From: Wallemia ichthyophaga EXF-994
Taxonomy: Eukaryota > Fungi > Basidiomycota
DNA: 32,000 nucleotides
Direction of reading: 5' to 3'
Assembly (NCBI RefSeq): GCF_000400465.1
Contig: NW_008806274.1
Coordinates: 540,244-572,243, forward strand
Both the position numbers and the translations under genes were made by a program. Shown one piece after another: positions 8,575 through 19,013 of this stretch; within the stretch, counting starts at the first letter, position 1, and each line of letters begins with the position of its first letter. A model generated the notes under the pieces. It was not told where the DNA came from. It saw only the letters and a list, made by a program, of their open reading frames with translations, and ran no database searches.

Positions 8575-10410
8575 ATGGCAGATGAAAATAATCACATGGA
8601 CGAGAATAATAATAATAATTCTAAATTATGGCATTATATTAGGCGGGTGTTGTTTATATGGTTTGTTAGTAAATCCTTGAGTTATTTCATTGGTTTGGGT
8701 ATTGGCAATGGCAGCGTAACTAATCCACCTCCAATCACATCCCCCCATTCCCCGCTTACACCGAAACACGTTACCAGTCTCTGGGACACCCACACTAATA
8801 TGGATTTATACATTAAACTCAGCACACTCGATCACCCAGATATCACCAGCAACGACGACGACGACGAATCCACCCTCCCTCACCTTCTCTGGGAAAACAT
8901 CCACTACGGTGACTGGAACCTACACAGAGAAGCCACTCTAGATTTACACCTCCCTCCCAGCGTCACTCACCACAACCACTCCCTCTACGCTGATTTCTAT
9001 CTCTATAAACATGGCAGTCTTCTTAATAGCAGCGATAGTAATTTCGACCCTCTGTCTCTTGTTCACTCCCGTAAACCTCTCATTCGCTACCTTCCAAAGC
9101 AAAAAGAGCGTAAACAGGTCAATTTGTTGGAGGGTGATAGCGAGGTTGATAACACTGACGATGTCATTAATCAATCACAGCAATCAATACAACCTTTATA
9201 CACCCCTTACTACCATCCCTCTCTCCCCCTCAACATGATCCAAGACACCAGCATGAAAATTCCCTACACCTCATCCCCACCACCCACACGCTCTTACATC
9301 TCCTTAGACCCTTCAAACTCGTACCATTACCCCATCCTTTACCCAAACGACTTATGGCTCCTTCGCAGTCAGTTGATTGAAATTAACTCCACAACTACTT
9401 GCCTCCCCTTGACAATAACACTCGACTCTCTCACATTCTTCAAATTCAATCTCTACGCCAACATAAACGAGGGTATTGAGCGGAGTGCCCAGCAGCAAGG
9501 TACAGCAGGTGAACTTGACGAGTTTAAACGCATGATCCTCGAAACAAATCCTTACTTCCTCGCACTTACCATGTTAGTAACTCTCCTTCACACCCTCTTT
9601 GAATTCCTCGCTTTCAAAAGCGACGTCAGTCACTGGCGGGATGAGAATCACGACATGGTTGGTGTCTCACTCAACTCAATACTCGCAAATATAGCAGTCC
9701 AGCTGATTATCCTGCTTTATCTCCTCGACAACAACGACAATGCAAGCTGGACAATTATCGGTGGTCAGGGTGTAGGGCTGGTGATAGAGATGTGGAAGGT
9801 TACCAAGGCGGTAGATGTGGGTGTGATGCGTAGTGAAAACAGATGGTTACCTCACATCCGCTGGTCTGACAAGAAGCAACTCACCGCCGAAGAAAAGAAA
9901 TCACGCGAATATGACACCCTCGCTTTCAAATACGTCAGCTGGGTGATGATACCCATCCTACTCGCTTATACCATCTACTCCCTCCTCTACGACACACATA
10001 GAGGGTGGTACAGTTTCGTTGTATCTACACTCACATCCTTCGTCTACGCGTTCGGGTTCGTTCAGCTCATCCCACAACTCATTATCAATTACAAACTTAA
10101 AAGCGTTGCTCATATGCCAGGACGCGCTATGGTTTACAAAACACTATCGACCGTTATAGACGACTTGTTCTCGTTTATTATTAAGGTTTGTGTGGTTGCC
10201 GTAGTCTATCTATCTAACATCACCTCGCAGATGCCACTCCTTCATCGCCTCAGCTGCTTCAGAGACGACGTCGTGTTCATCATCTACCTCTACCAGCGTT
10301 GGATATACGCGGTGGATCCTGATAGATTGAATGAATATGGCCAGGCTACGGATGAGAAGGTGAACAAAGTGAATGGGGCGAGTAAGGTGGAGAGCAAGAA
10401 AGATCAATAG
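8575..10410 (+). CDS. CLPTM1: CLPTM1-family membrane protein (putative lipid scramblase); exons 8575..10185, 10231..10410
   Basis: Motifs ETNPYFLALT, FEFLAFKSDVSHWR, EYDTLAFKY, PQLIINYKLKSVAHMP. Removing the in-frame 45-nt intron 10186-10230 restores FIIK|MPLLHRLSCFRDDVVF. Confidence 0.92.
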   Translation: MADENNHMDENNNNNSKLWHYIRRVLFIWFVSKSLSYFIGLGIGNGSVTNPPPITSPHSPLTPKHVTSLWDTHTNMDLYIKLSTLDHPDITSNDDDDESTLPHLLWENIHYGDWNLHREATLDLHLPPSVTHHNHSLYADFYLYKHGSLLNSSDSNFDPLSLVHSRKPLIRYLPKQKERKQVNLLEGDSEVDNTDDVINQSQQSIQPLYTPYYHPSLPLNMIQDTSMKIPYTSSPPPTRSYISLDPSNSYHYPILYPNDLWLLRSQLIEINSTTTCLPLTITLDSLTFFKFNLYANINEGIERSAQQQGTAGELDEFKRMILETNPYFLALTMLVTLLHTLFEFLAFKSDVSHWRDENHDMVGVSLNSILANIAVQLIILLYLLDNNDNASWTIIGGQGVGLVIEMWKVTKAVDVGVMRSENRWLPHIRWSDKKQLTAEEKKSREYDTLAFKYVSWVMIPILLAYTIYSLLYDTHRGWYSFVVSTLTSFVYAFGFVQLIPQLIINYKLKSVAHMPGRAMVYKTLSTVIDDLFSFIIKVCVVAVVYLSNITSQMPLLHRLSCFRDDVVFIIYLYQRWIYAVDPDRLNEYGQATDEKVNKVNGASKVESKKDQ

Positions 10411-10492
10411 ATGAATTTATTTATAGCAAGTATTTAATTAATTTGATTTGTTTAGTTTTTATTTTTTACTTTTACTTTCACGCCTCACTTTC

Positions 10493-10522
10493 ACGCGTCT
10501 CTTTGTCGCGTCTGTGTCGCGT
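10493..10522. promoter_or_regulatory. MCB-like (MluI cell-cycle box) cluster upstream of CDC6
   Basis: ACGCGT at 10493-10498 and TCGCGT at 10506-10511 and 10517-10522. CDC6/cdc18 are established MBF targets in yeasts. Confidence 0.55.
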
Positions 10523-10620
10523 TCGCTTGTTTATCTCCAACGCCCAACTGCGAATAGCTGCACATTTGCACAGCTGCACACGTACACAGAAGAAGACATC
10601 CTGCCAGTCTCCACCTGTAT

Positions 10621-10664
10621 CTACATATATCTGCATATATCTGCATATATCTGCTTCTATCTGC
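10621..10664 (+). repeat. 10-bp tandem repeat (CTGCATATAT, about 4.4 degenerate copies) in the CDC6 upstream region
   Basis: ctacatatat ctgcatatat ctgcatatat ctgcttctat ctgc. Confidence 0.8.
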
Positions 10665-10730
10665 TTTAGAAGAAAAGCAATTGCTCAGCCACAGCCACGT
10701 AAACCCAGCGCACACAACGCACAACAAAAC

Positions 10731-12935
10731 ATGCCACTCAGAACATCACGCAGATTGCTCCACCTCGATCCACAATCCACCGAGGAGGATTTAGATCTGT
10801 TGGGGCTCGACAAGCAGCTCAATATTGTAACTCCGAGGAAGAATAATAGACGGCAGCCACATCCGCCCAACGGAGATACCACAGAGGAGGAGGATGAGGC
10901 TGTTAGTGATGCACATGCACATGCTGCTACTAATACTGCCACAATCACTCAACCATCTTCACAATCACCTTCTCCAAAACGGAAATATAGACAAAAACAG
11001 AGACACAGTCGTTCAGAAAATACACAACCTGGCACTGGTAATGACACTGGCAATGACACCACCACAGACACAGACACAGACGCACCTAATCTAATCAAGA
11101 AACAAATCACTCCAGAGAAGAAGAAACGTGGTGACAGTGTCAGCACTGCCAACAACACGCACACGCACACACGCACATTGCGTAACTCTCATTCAACTAC
11201 CTCAACTCAATCAACTCACCTCACTCACCCATCCACTCGCGCTGCTCTTGCTCGCGAGAGTACCTTTGGCGAGAACAGAGACACAAATAGAGACACAAAC
11301 AAAGACACAAACAGAGATAACTCAGGTGTCTTTAAAACACCCAGCAAAACACCAAAAACACCCTCCAGAACAACACGCAATTCCCTCAAAAAGCAGGACA
11401 CCTTCGATGAATACATCCAGCAGCCCAAGACGCTTTTCAAGGAGCTGGCGGGAAGTGTAGAGACGGAAACAGCGACTCACACTCCCTCTCACTCCCGCTC
11501 CACCCCTCTCCTGCGCCAAGACACACTCAACACGCTCAGCCAACCCAGCAACATATATGCAACAGCGCGCAACGCCATCCGCAGTATGAACGCAGCATCT
11601 GATAGTGACGAACTGGTTGGACGCGATGAGGAAATACGTACGATACGCAACTTTATCGATCCTGCCTCCCCACACTCCTCCCTATATGTCTCAGGACCGC
11701 CAGGAGGAGGTAAGACTGCAGCTGTGCGGTTGGTAACGCGTGGCATGCGCGCGCGATGGCTCAATTGCATGACTTATAGCGGGGATGGGCTGTTAGAAGA
11801 GGTGATGAGTGTGGGTGTGAGTATGGATAGGAAGAGCGATAAAGATAAAGACCAACCGAGGTGAGTTGAGTTGGATGCAAGCTAATATCCTACGCTAATT
11901 CTAATTCTAATTCTAACTTAACACAGACTGGTTATCCTTGACGAAATCGACACTCTCGCACACGAGCATCTCCTCAAGCTCTTCCAGCTCTTCCAGAATC
12001 AGAACTCGAGCCACACGAAGCTGATAGGGATAGCGAATGCACTTGATCTGACGAGCAACCAGCTGCAGAACCTAGCGCACCCACCAGTACATCTCCAAGT
12101 ACACGCGTACACCTCGGCGCAGTTGGCGGCGATAGTTGATGCGCGTCTTGGAGTATATCGCCAGCTGTTCATCTCCCAAGCGCTCGAGCTGCTTGGGCGG
12201 AAAGTGGGCGCGCAAACGGGGGACCTCCGTCAAGTGATTTCGGTGCTAACGCTTGCACTCGACAGTGTAGAGAAGGAGCAGCGGCGGAGTAAGGGAGTGG
12301 AGGGTGTATCTCAACTGACGTTGGAGGATGCCCCGCGTGTAACGATGCCTGTGATGCTAAAGAGCATCTCTGTGCGCGTCACCTCCGCCCAGAAAACCAG
12401 TCGCGGTGGCAAACTGGCTGGTCTCAATCTATATGCGCGCATCGCGCTGCTGTGCGTTATGCTCACTATGAAACGCAGATCTAAGCTCAGAAGCCGCGTC
12501 GGACTGTACGAACATTACTGCACCCTCCTGCGCACCCACTCCACTCTCAACCCGACAACCAAATCTGACTTTATTGATCTCGTCAATGTCCTCGTTAGCG
12601 CTAGTATCGTCGTCGAACTCGCTGCTCCGTTCGATCAGAATAGGAATGCTAGTGACGCCTTACTAGGCACTCCTAGCAAACGCGCTCGTAATAGAGCTGT
12701 TGCTGCTGCTAGCGAACCGGAATTCGGTTTGCAGTATAGCGAGCATGAACTCATACGCTTGTTGGGCGTCGCTGATGAACAGCATACCCTCGATGATCCT
12801 CTCCTCGAACAATTGAAACGTGTCTATTGGGGTGAGTGTAGACGTATCGATGCCGAAGCTGTAAGGTTGGAGTGGAGTAAGAGAACACCGCTTGGTGAGA
12901 ATAACAAAAATACACCAGTAGATGTTTTCGTTTAG
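10731..12935 (+). CDS. CDC6: Cdc6/Cdc18 replication-licensing AAA+ ATPase; exons 10731..11860, 11927..12935; 712 aa
   Basis: Walker A YVSGPPGGGKT. Intron 11861-11926 joins to Walker B LVILDEIDTL. Sensor-1 LIGIANALDLT, GDLR sensor-2 and a C-terminal winged-helix region are present. The long disordered N-terminus has S/T-P sites and coding RDTN/KDTN repeats. Confidence 0.9.
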
Positions 12936-13026
12936 ATAGTATTATAGTATATCACATATATCGCATAACACATCAACTCATCAAGTCAAATCCATTTAAC
13001 ATTACATTCATTAATAGTTAATTGCT

Positions 13027-13740
13027 TTACTTCTGCACACCCTCGTGGATAGCTTTGAGGAACTCATCGCCGAGCTTCTTAGCACTGGCAGGGTTCTGGC
13101 CTGAAATATACACACCATTGGCGTTCTTGTCGACAATGACACATTCGCCCCATGGCTGGTCAGCCTTGACGTAGACACCGCCGTGTCTCTTGATGTGATC
13201 CTCTGGTGTCTCAGAGATGCTCTGGACCTTGCCGACCATTTCTTCCTCGGTGTTGGAGAAGGCGGTTGCTTGTCTACCCTTGTAGATGGACTCGCTGTGC
13301 TTATCGACGACGTTGCCGAGGACACCACCTGCGTGGCACACAGCAGCTACTGGCTTGCCTGCTTGGTAGATACGGCTGATGACGCGCTGTGCGTCGTTGT
13401 CCTTGATAAGGTCGATCGATGGACCGTGACCACCTGGAAGGAAAACAGCGTCATACTCGGCAGGGTTAATTTGGGAGAGAGGGACGTTGTTCTGGTACTT
13501 GTCTGCGCGGTCCTTGAGGAAAGACATGGATTCAATGTCATCCTTGAACATAGCGATAGATCCTGGATCAATCACTGAGTGTCCTGTTGGTGAAGCGAAT
13601 GTAATGTCTACGTGTTGGTGGATTGCATAGAATGGGTGGGCCAATTCACTGATGAACACACCAGTGTCTTCGCCTTTGAGTGTTTTGGTGGCGGAAGAGA
13701 GGACGATAAGAACCTTTGGAAGTGTAACTGCTGATGACAT
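13027..13740 (-). CDS. HSP31: DJ-1/PfpI family protein (Hsp31/glyoxalase III-like), 237 aa
   Basis: TGVFISELAHPF (conserved Glu), DAVFLPGGHGP, AAVCHA (nucleophile Cys-His), ISGQNPASA. Confidence 0.88.
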   Translation of the reverse strand: MSSAVTLPKVLIVLSSATKTLKGEDTGVFISELAHPFYAIHQHVDITFASPTGHSVIDPGSIAMFKDDIESMSFLKDRADKYQNNVPLSQINPAEYDAVFLPGGHGPSIDLIKDNDAQRVISRIYQAGKPVAAVCHAGGVLGNVVDKHSESIYKGRQATAFSNTEEEMVGKVQSISETPEDHIKRHGGVYVKADQPWGECVIVDKNANGVYISGQNPASAKKLGDEFLKAIHEGVQK

Positions 13741-14073
13741 TTTTTTGGATGTTAGTCGTTTGTAAACAAGGATGAGAAACGATGATTAATTTACGTGGAT
13801 TATCATAACATACGTCATACACCTATTTATAAGCAATCTGAGGCATTTATTCTGTGGCAGCTGAGGTAAGATATTTGCATTTAGATATCCCTCCCTTTAC
13901 ATCCACCAGCTCCTTCTGAGTGTCGTTGAGTTATCCAAATTGTATTTGAGCAATTATAAGTGAGTGTGGGGTTAGCGTGTATCTGTACTACGCGCCCACT
14001 TAAACCCAACAAACACCTCTAGATAACTCCCCTCAATCCCTCTCACTTCCTCACTTCCTCACTTCCACCGCCC

Positions 14074-14562
14074 ATGTCTTCCAACAGCGAAAACCCAAAT
14101 ACGACGCTATACGTGCGCAATTTACCTGATAAAATTAACAAGCAAGAACTACGCCAGCAACTCTACTTTAGATTCCAATCCTACGGCCGTATCCTCGACG
14201 TCGTTGCGCTCAAAACCGACAAACTACGAGGACAGGCGTGGATAGTATTTGATGTATTATCTGCAGCTACCTCCGCAATCCGCGCTGAAAACGGCAGCAG
14301 ATTCTACAGCAAGCCTATGACAATACACTATGCAAAAACTACATCAAATGCAACAAAAATACATAGAGGCGGTGCAGGTGATATGTACAATGATGCACAG
14401 AAGAATGTACAGCGTATGACCATATCTAATGCTTCAGAAAGTAGTCTCGGTTTGAAACGTGCAAGGGAAGCCGAGGAGTTGCAAAGGAGGGACAATGATG
14501 CGGCTGCTACCTCAATAAACACCCAAGATTCCAACAAAAGAGTTAAAGTTGACTCCTCCTAG
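14074..14562 (+). CDS. U1A/U2B''-family single-RRM snRNP protein (loop sequence closer to U2B''), 162 aa
   Basis: RNP2 TLYVRNL; ILDVVALKTDKLRGQAWIVF resembles U2B'' VALKTMKMRGQAF; KPMTIHYAKTTS. Confidence 0.85.
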   Translation: MSSNSENPNTTLYVRNLPDKINKQELRQQLYFRFQSYGRILDVVALKTDKLRGQAWIVFDVLSAATSAIRAENGSRFYSKPMTIHYAKTTSNATKIHRGGAGDMYNDAQKNVQRMTISNASESSLGLKRAREAEELQRRDNDAAATSINTQDSNKRVKVDSS

Positions 14563-14673
14563 ACACACTGTACATTACGTTTAAACACGTTTATATACGT
14601 TTAGATGATAATTTATTGTAAACTAATACAAATCTTTACCAGCGACTTTCGGTGATTTGCTAATTATGGCCTC

Positions 14674-16789
14674 TCACATACACCTTTCACGCAGGCACTT
14701 GTCGAATCTACCTTCCAACGCCTCAAGTGTTGTTGCGCAATCTGGACGCACTGTTCCCTCGCCATAGAGTGGAATAGAACGGGTATCCTTTGTGTCCTCT
14801 GCGTGCTCTGTACTCTCCGGAATAACATCCTCATCAACTTGCTCCTGATTCTCTATCCCGATATTAGACGCCTGTTGCACCGCCTGGTCAGCCCCATTGC
14901 GCACCCTTCCATGCATGGTAATTGGTGTGATTGGATTTTTATCAATCATGTCCTGCCACACTGCAATAAACACTCCCGGTCCAATACCAGGCTCAGTCTT
15001 GTATCTATCGAGCAAATCATTCATCTTCTGCTTGCTGCTATTAAGTACGTTGTTTTGGTACGTGACGTGCTCATCCAACTCCTTCATAACCTTGTCTTGC
15101 GTCTGTGGGTCGAGTTGGTCAAATAGCTCTTGCAACACTCCGGAATAGTCTCCCGCTCCAGTACACTCCTCCTCTGTCACGTCCTCGCTACTAGTGCGGT
15201 ATTCATTCAGTGAATGCATATACCACGACAAGTACATGTCCTTCATTTCAGGAGCGTTCTTCACCAGATTGTGCAAAAACTTGTGCAAATTCTTCTGATG
15301 TTTGTTGAACAGATCTATGTAAGCACGTGGTCCGACCTGCTCCTTAGCTATTTTGACGAGATCGTCGATGAATATTTGAAGGTCTTCGAGCGTTTCTTTC
15401 AAATTAACAGATTTGTGTAATTTGCGAATAAGCGGTTCAAACGCATTTAATGCCTCAGTGACGCAAAGTGAAACGAGATCCGGTTTGGTATCTACAAGTG
15501 CATCTATCAAGCGATATCTGTCGCGTATTGCCAGCTGCAGTGTGAGTTGGGTGAGTAATGTTGAATGAGCCTTCTCTGATGATGGCAGATCGACTTTCTC
15601 GCGAGAAAGTATGGTTATAATGATTGATTGGTTGTTTTCTATCGTCTGACTGCGTATCTCCACCCTCTCCTCTCGTGTAGCGTGATCAACGTATTTCTGA
15701 ATAGCCTCCTTCTGCGCTGTGGTCGCACCATTCTCCGCCTCCTTCCTTTCAACGTCTGCCCACTGTTTCTGAAGGTTAGACTTATCTTTACCCAAAACAC
15801 TCGTAATGATGCTGGGATTTGTTAATAATATCATCCAATAAATAAAACACTCACGTCTGCAAGAGATTGTTGCCACTGCCTATGCCAACATAACCCAGTG
15901 GATTCCGAGACAAGAAGATTTTGAGTACGCCGGATATCATAGTGGCCGCATTAGCGACCTGAGTTGACACCCCGACGAGAGAGTACGGGAGGAGGTTGTG
16001 TATGCGCGAGATAAGCGACACTGTCGACTGTGCACACGGCGAGCGTGTAAACAAGTAGTGGAGGAAACTAGCCAAAGTAGCACTAGCGAAGGAGTGCGCG
16101 GCCTGATATAAAGAAGGAAGATCTTGTAGATTATCCGTCTTCTCGACGTACGCGATAAGATCCTCAACGTAATTACCATAAACGAGACCTTGCAAGAAGT
16201 CAGACCACGCGTTCTGTACGTCTGTTGGGTTTTGCGGATCGTAGGAGCATTCACGGGCGTCCTTGGGATACGTAGATTGATTCTTGCGTGGTAGACCACC
16301 GAGAACACCTCTCAAAGCGTATTCAGCCTGTCTTGTGTGAGTTGGGTGGTTGGGAAAATGGATAACGCACTATAACGATAATACCCTGTCCCAATATCTT
16401 GCGCTTACCGAGAAGACCTTTATCGAAGCTGTCTGAGAGGTCCTGTGAGGAATGATTGTGAGTATTTGCGAATGTTGCAGCTATCGACAGACTTGTGCAG
16501 CCAGCCTCTCGAGCAAACCCTGGGCCACCTGTTGCCAGAGCTCTGGAGAGATTGTGTTGAATCCAGGCAACGTCAACGCTAACTGTCTGAAGAGATAGTT
16601 GAGCGCAGGACTCGGCGGCTGTGGCTTATCTGCGAGCGGTTTGAAAGGGTATCCAGAGCTTGAAACGCGGCCGGGTACTTTAGTGAGAGTAAATTCGTTG
16701 AATGATTGCACATGCGTGAGTATATCAAATAGCGCCTTTAACTGAGCTCCATTTAACTCCATATTAGCCGCCGTCATCGTATAGGTCAA
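14674..16789 (-). CDS. PX-associated (PXB)/DUF3818 domain protein; exons 16789..16493, 16442..16371, 16327..15855, 15811..14674; about 659 aa
   Basis: N-terminal QLKALFDILTH..GYPF; LSDSFDKGLLGKRK; AEYALRGVLGGLP; NAATMISGVLKIFL..NLLQTIITSVL; LQLAIRDR. Three GT-AG introns (50, 43 and 43 nt) keep the frame. Confidence 0.75.
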
Positions 16790-16832
16790 CCGACGGATAG
16801 TTTTCTTGGCAGGAGTGAATATGTGTATAAAT

Positions 16833-18021
16833 TCAAATTACAAATATAATACCAATTATCAGTGCTATTAAGGCTGTTAACGTGGCTGTGATTGAATTAG
16901 CACCGCTATCATCGTCTGTGCTATCACCATTGCTATCGGTGTTACTATCACCGCCATTATTTTTGGTAACTGAATTGTTTGACATTATTGGTAACGCCGT
17001 GTTCTCCACTTGTTTCCATTCCGCACTGTCCTCCTCGCTAAAGTCCAAATAATACAACTCACTCGTCGATGTGAGCTGTACGAGCGTATCTTGTGTACTC
17101 GCGTAATCAGCTTTCTTATCCTTCTTCGTTGGACCATCGAAAGTAGTCGTTGTATTGCTTTCTACGTCAATCAAGTAAGAATTTTCACCAGAATCTGGAA
17201 TAAACCAGAATTTAGTCTGCCATTCATTATCACTTTTGAATACTGAAGCCGTCTTTCCATGTTGTTGATTCCAATCGCCGTACTTCTGCGCCTCCGGTTG
17301 GAAATACGAGTAGTGGATAACGAATAAATGAGCTTCACCTGGATCAGCGCCAGGAACATCAATAAAGTGAAGATGATTAGATGCTAATCCGATAACAGGA
17401 TTATAGTCATCTGTAGTGAATGGAGGCTGTTCAACAACATTCCAAGTGAGAGTATCGTTTGGAATCAAAGATTCATCACCCATTTCCAACGAATAGAGAG
17501 TATCACCATCCAAACCATACCAAACATTCGTATCGTGATCTAAAACTGCTTCAAGATTATCCAAACTTGGCTTATCATCATCTGTCAATTCTGCGCTTTT
17601 CTTTGTCCATTCTTTATTATCGAAGTCGAGTATATAAACGCTATTAGGCTCACTCTTCTCCACGTTGAGGCACTTGAGGGGAGTCGTTAGGTATGTTTAC
17701 ACTAAAACAAACAATTCACTTACGTATGCACCATTATTATACTGCGATAGCCAGCAATTTGGGTTAGCTGTATCGAATGACCTTAAGTCAATGTCAACTA
17801 AACACTAAAGAAAAAGACGATGAAACATCTACATACGGTCTGTCACCTTTAGTTATGTTGTCGAATGAAGAGCTTGAATTCCAATTCTTCTTGCTACCTG
17901 CTGCAAAGTCCTTATTGGCCACACCGAGTAGGTAAAGGTTCTGATCACTGTCGAACACGACTTGTGAGTCAGCGGCGGCTGTAGCGAGCGCAGCAACGAC
18001 TGAAAGAATACCCCACTTCAT
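16833..18021 (-). CDS. Uncharacterised secreted, probably GPI-anchored protein; exons 18021..17837, 17781..17724, 17672..16833; 360 aa
   Basis: Signal peptide MKWGILSVVAALATAAA; introns GTATGT..TAAG (55 nt) and GTAAGT..CAAG (51 nt) keep the frame; a D/S/N/G-rich linker is followed by DSGANS and a hydrophobic C-terminal tail (GPI-signal layout). Confidence 0.8.
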
Positions 18022-18160
18022 CTTGATTGTTTGAGCACGAGGGTCTAACGCGCGATTACTATTTTTAGTTGATTCACAGCCTAACCGCAGACCTATTCAT
18101 ATCTCGGTGAGTAAAAGTGGAATACATGAATATTTAAATATAATGCTATTATACATGTAT

Positions 18161-18923
18161 CTAATAATACGCAACACAATGAAGTAAGGGATGTGGATGT
18201 AACTCTCTTTGTCTATCAAGGATACTCTCAATATCCTCATCTAGATCATTACTACGTTCAATCTAACAAATATTCAGCATAAAATGGTCAACACACCAAA
18301 TTTAAACTCACCGCTGTTGCTAGATCGAGTATTGCTCTACCTGCTAAAAGAGCCTCTTCATGATTATCCTTAATCTCAACATTAACTACGTGTACAGGCC
18401 TATTGAAGTATGCCTCCCGATTCAATAGATCATCACAAACAGCCTCCCAACACCTCTCTTCGCATGTAATTACTATATCTGTATTTGGTGCACTATCTGA
18501 CCAGCGCTCTGGTGCAAGCTTTATCTGCCTATTCCTATCTAACATTGCCAATAAACCGTTATTAGTGTACAGTTTCCTATCTTTACTTTCTAAATCCTTA
18601 AGTATATGATTATATGGTGTACCAAACGCATAAGTATTAGGCCTGTCTATTGTTGTTCCAGGTAACCGTACTGCTGTACCTGTACCAGAAGATGTAACTT
18701 TGAAATTAGCTTTAGCCAGCACTTTATGCGCTTCCATTGATCGATTTTGATTGGATGAGCAGACTACGCAGAAAACTCTTTTCTTTGGTGAGTTTGAAGT
18801 TATTGCTGTTGCAGACGTCGTCGGTTCTAGTGATTGCTGTAGTTGCTGCTTCTGCTGCTGTTGCTGTTGCTGTATTTGCGCACTCCTCCGAGGATCCACT
18901 CTACCACGTAATCTTGGATCCAT
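18161..18923 (-). CDS. SSU72: Ssu72 RNA polymerase II CTD phosphatase; exons 18923..18312, 18262..18161; 237 aa
   Basis: Signature [48 protein letters not shown]. Intron 18311-18263 leads to the terminal [18 protein letters not shown]. The N-terminus has DPR repeats and a polyQ tract. Confidence 0.95.
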
Positions 18924-19013
18924 TTTTCTTCTTGTCGTTCTTGTCGTTCTTAGCGTCGTAGATGATGATGAATTGGGTTAAAGAGGTGAAATGCATCTTG
19001 ATCACTTACCACC

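Noticed and set aside
10443-10730. N-terminal extension of CDC6 from a TTG start
   Set aside because: The region is promoter-like (MCB boxes, TATA-like repeats) and only 32 nt from the CLPTM1 stop. The first ATG at 10731 has a good context.
11277-11318. 12-bp direct repeats (AGAGACACAAAC-like) resembling a repeat array
   Set aside because: They are in-frame coding repeats (RDTN/KDTN) in the disordered Cdc6 N-terminus, with no spacers, so this is not CRISPR-like.
14043-14066. Short simple repeats: CTCACTTC x3 (14043), TAGTGAG x3 (about 5651), CTAT x4 (about 6343)
   Set aside because: These are ordinary UTR microsatellite-like repeats with no evidence of function.
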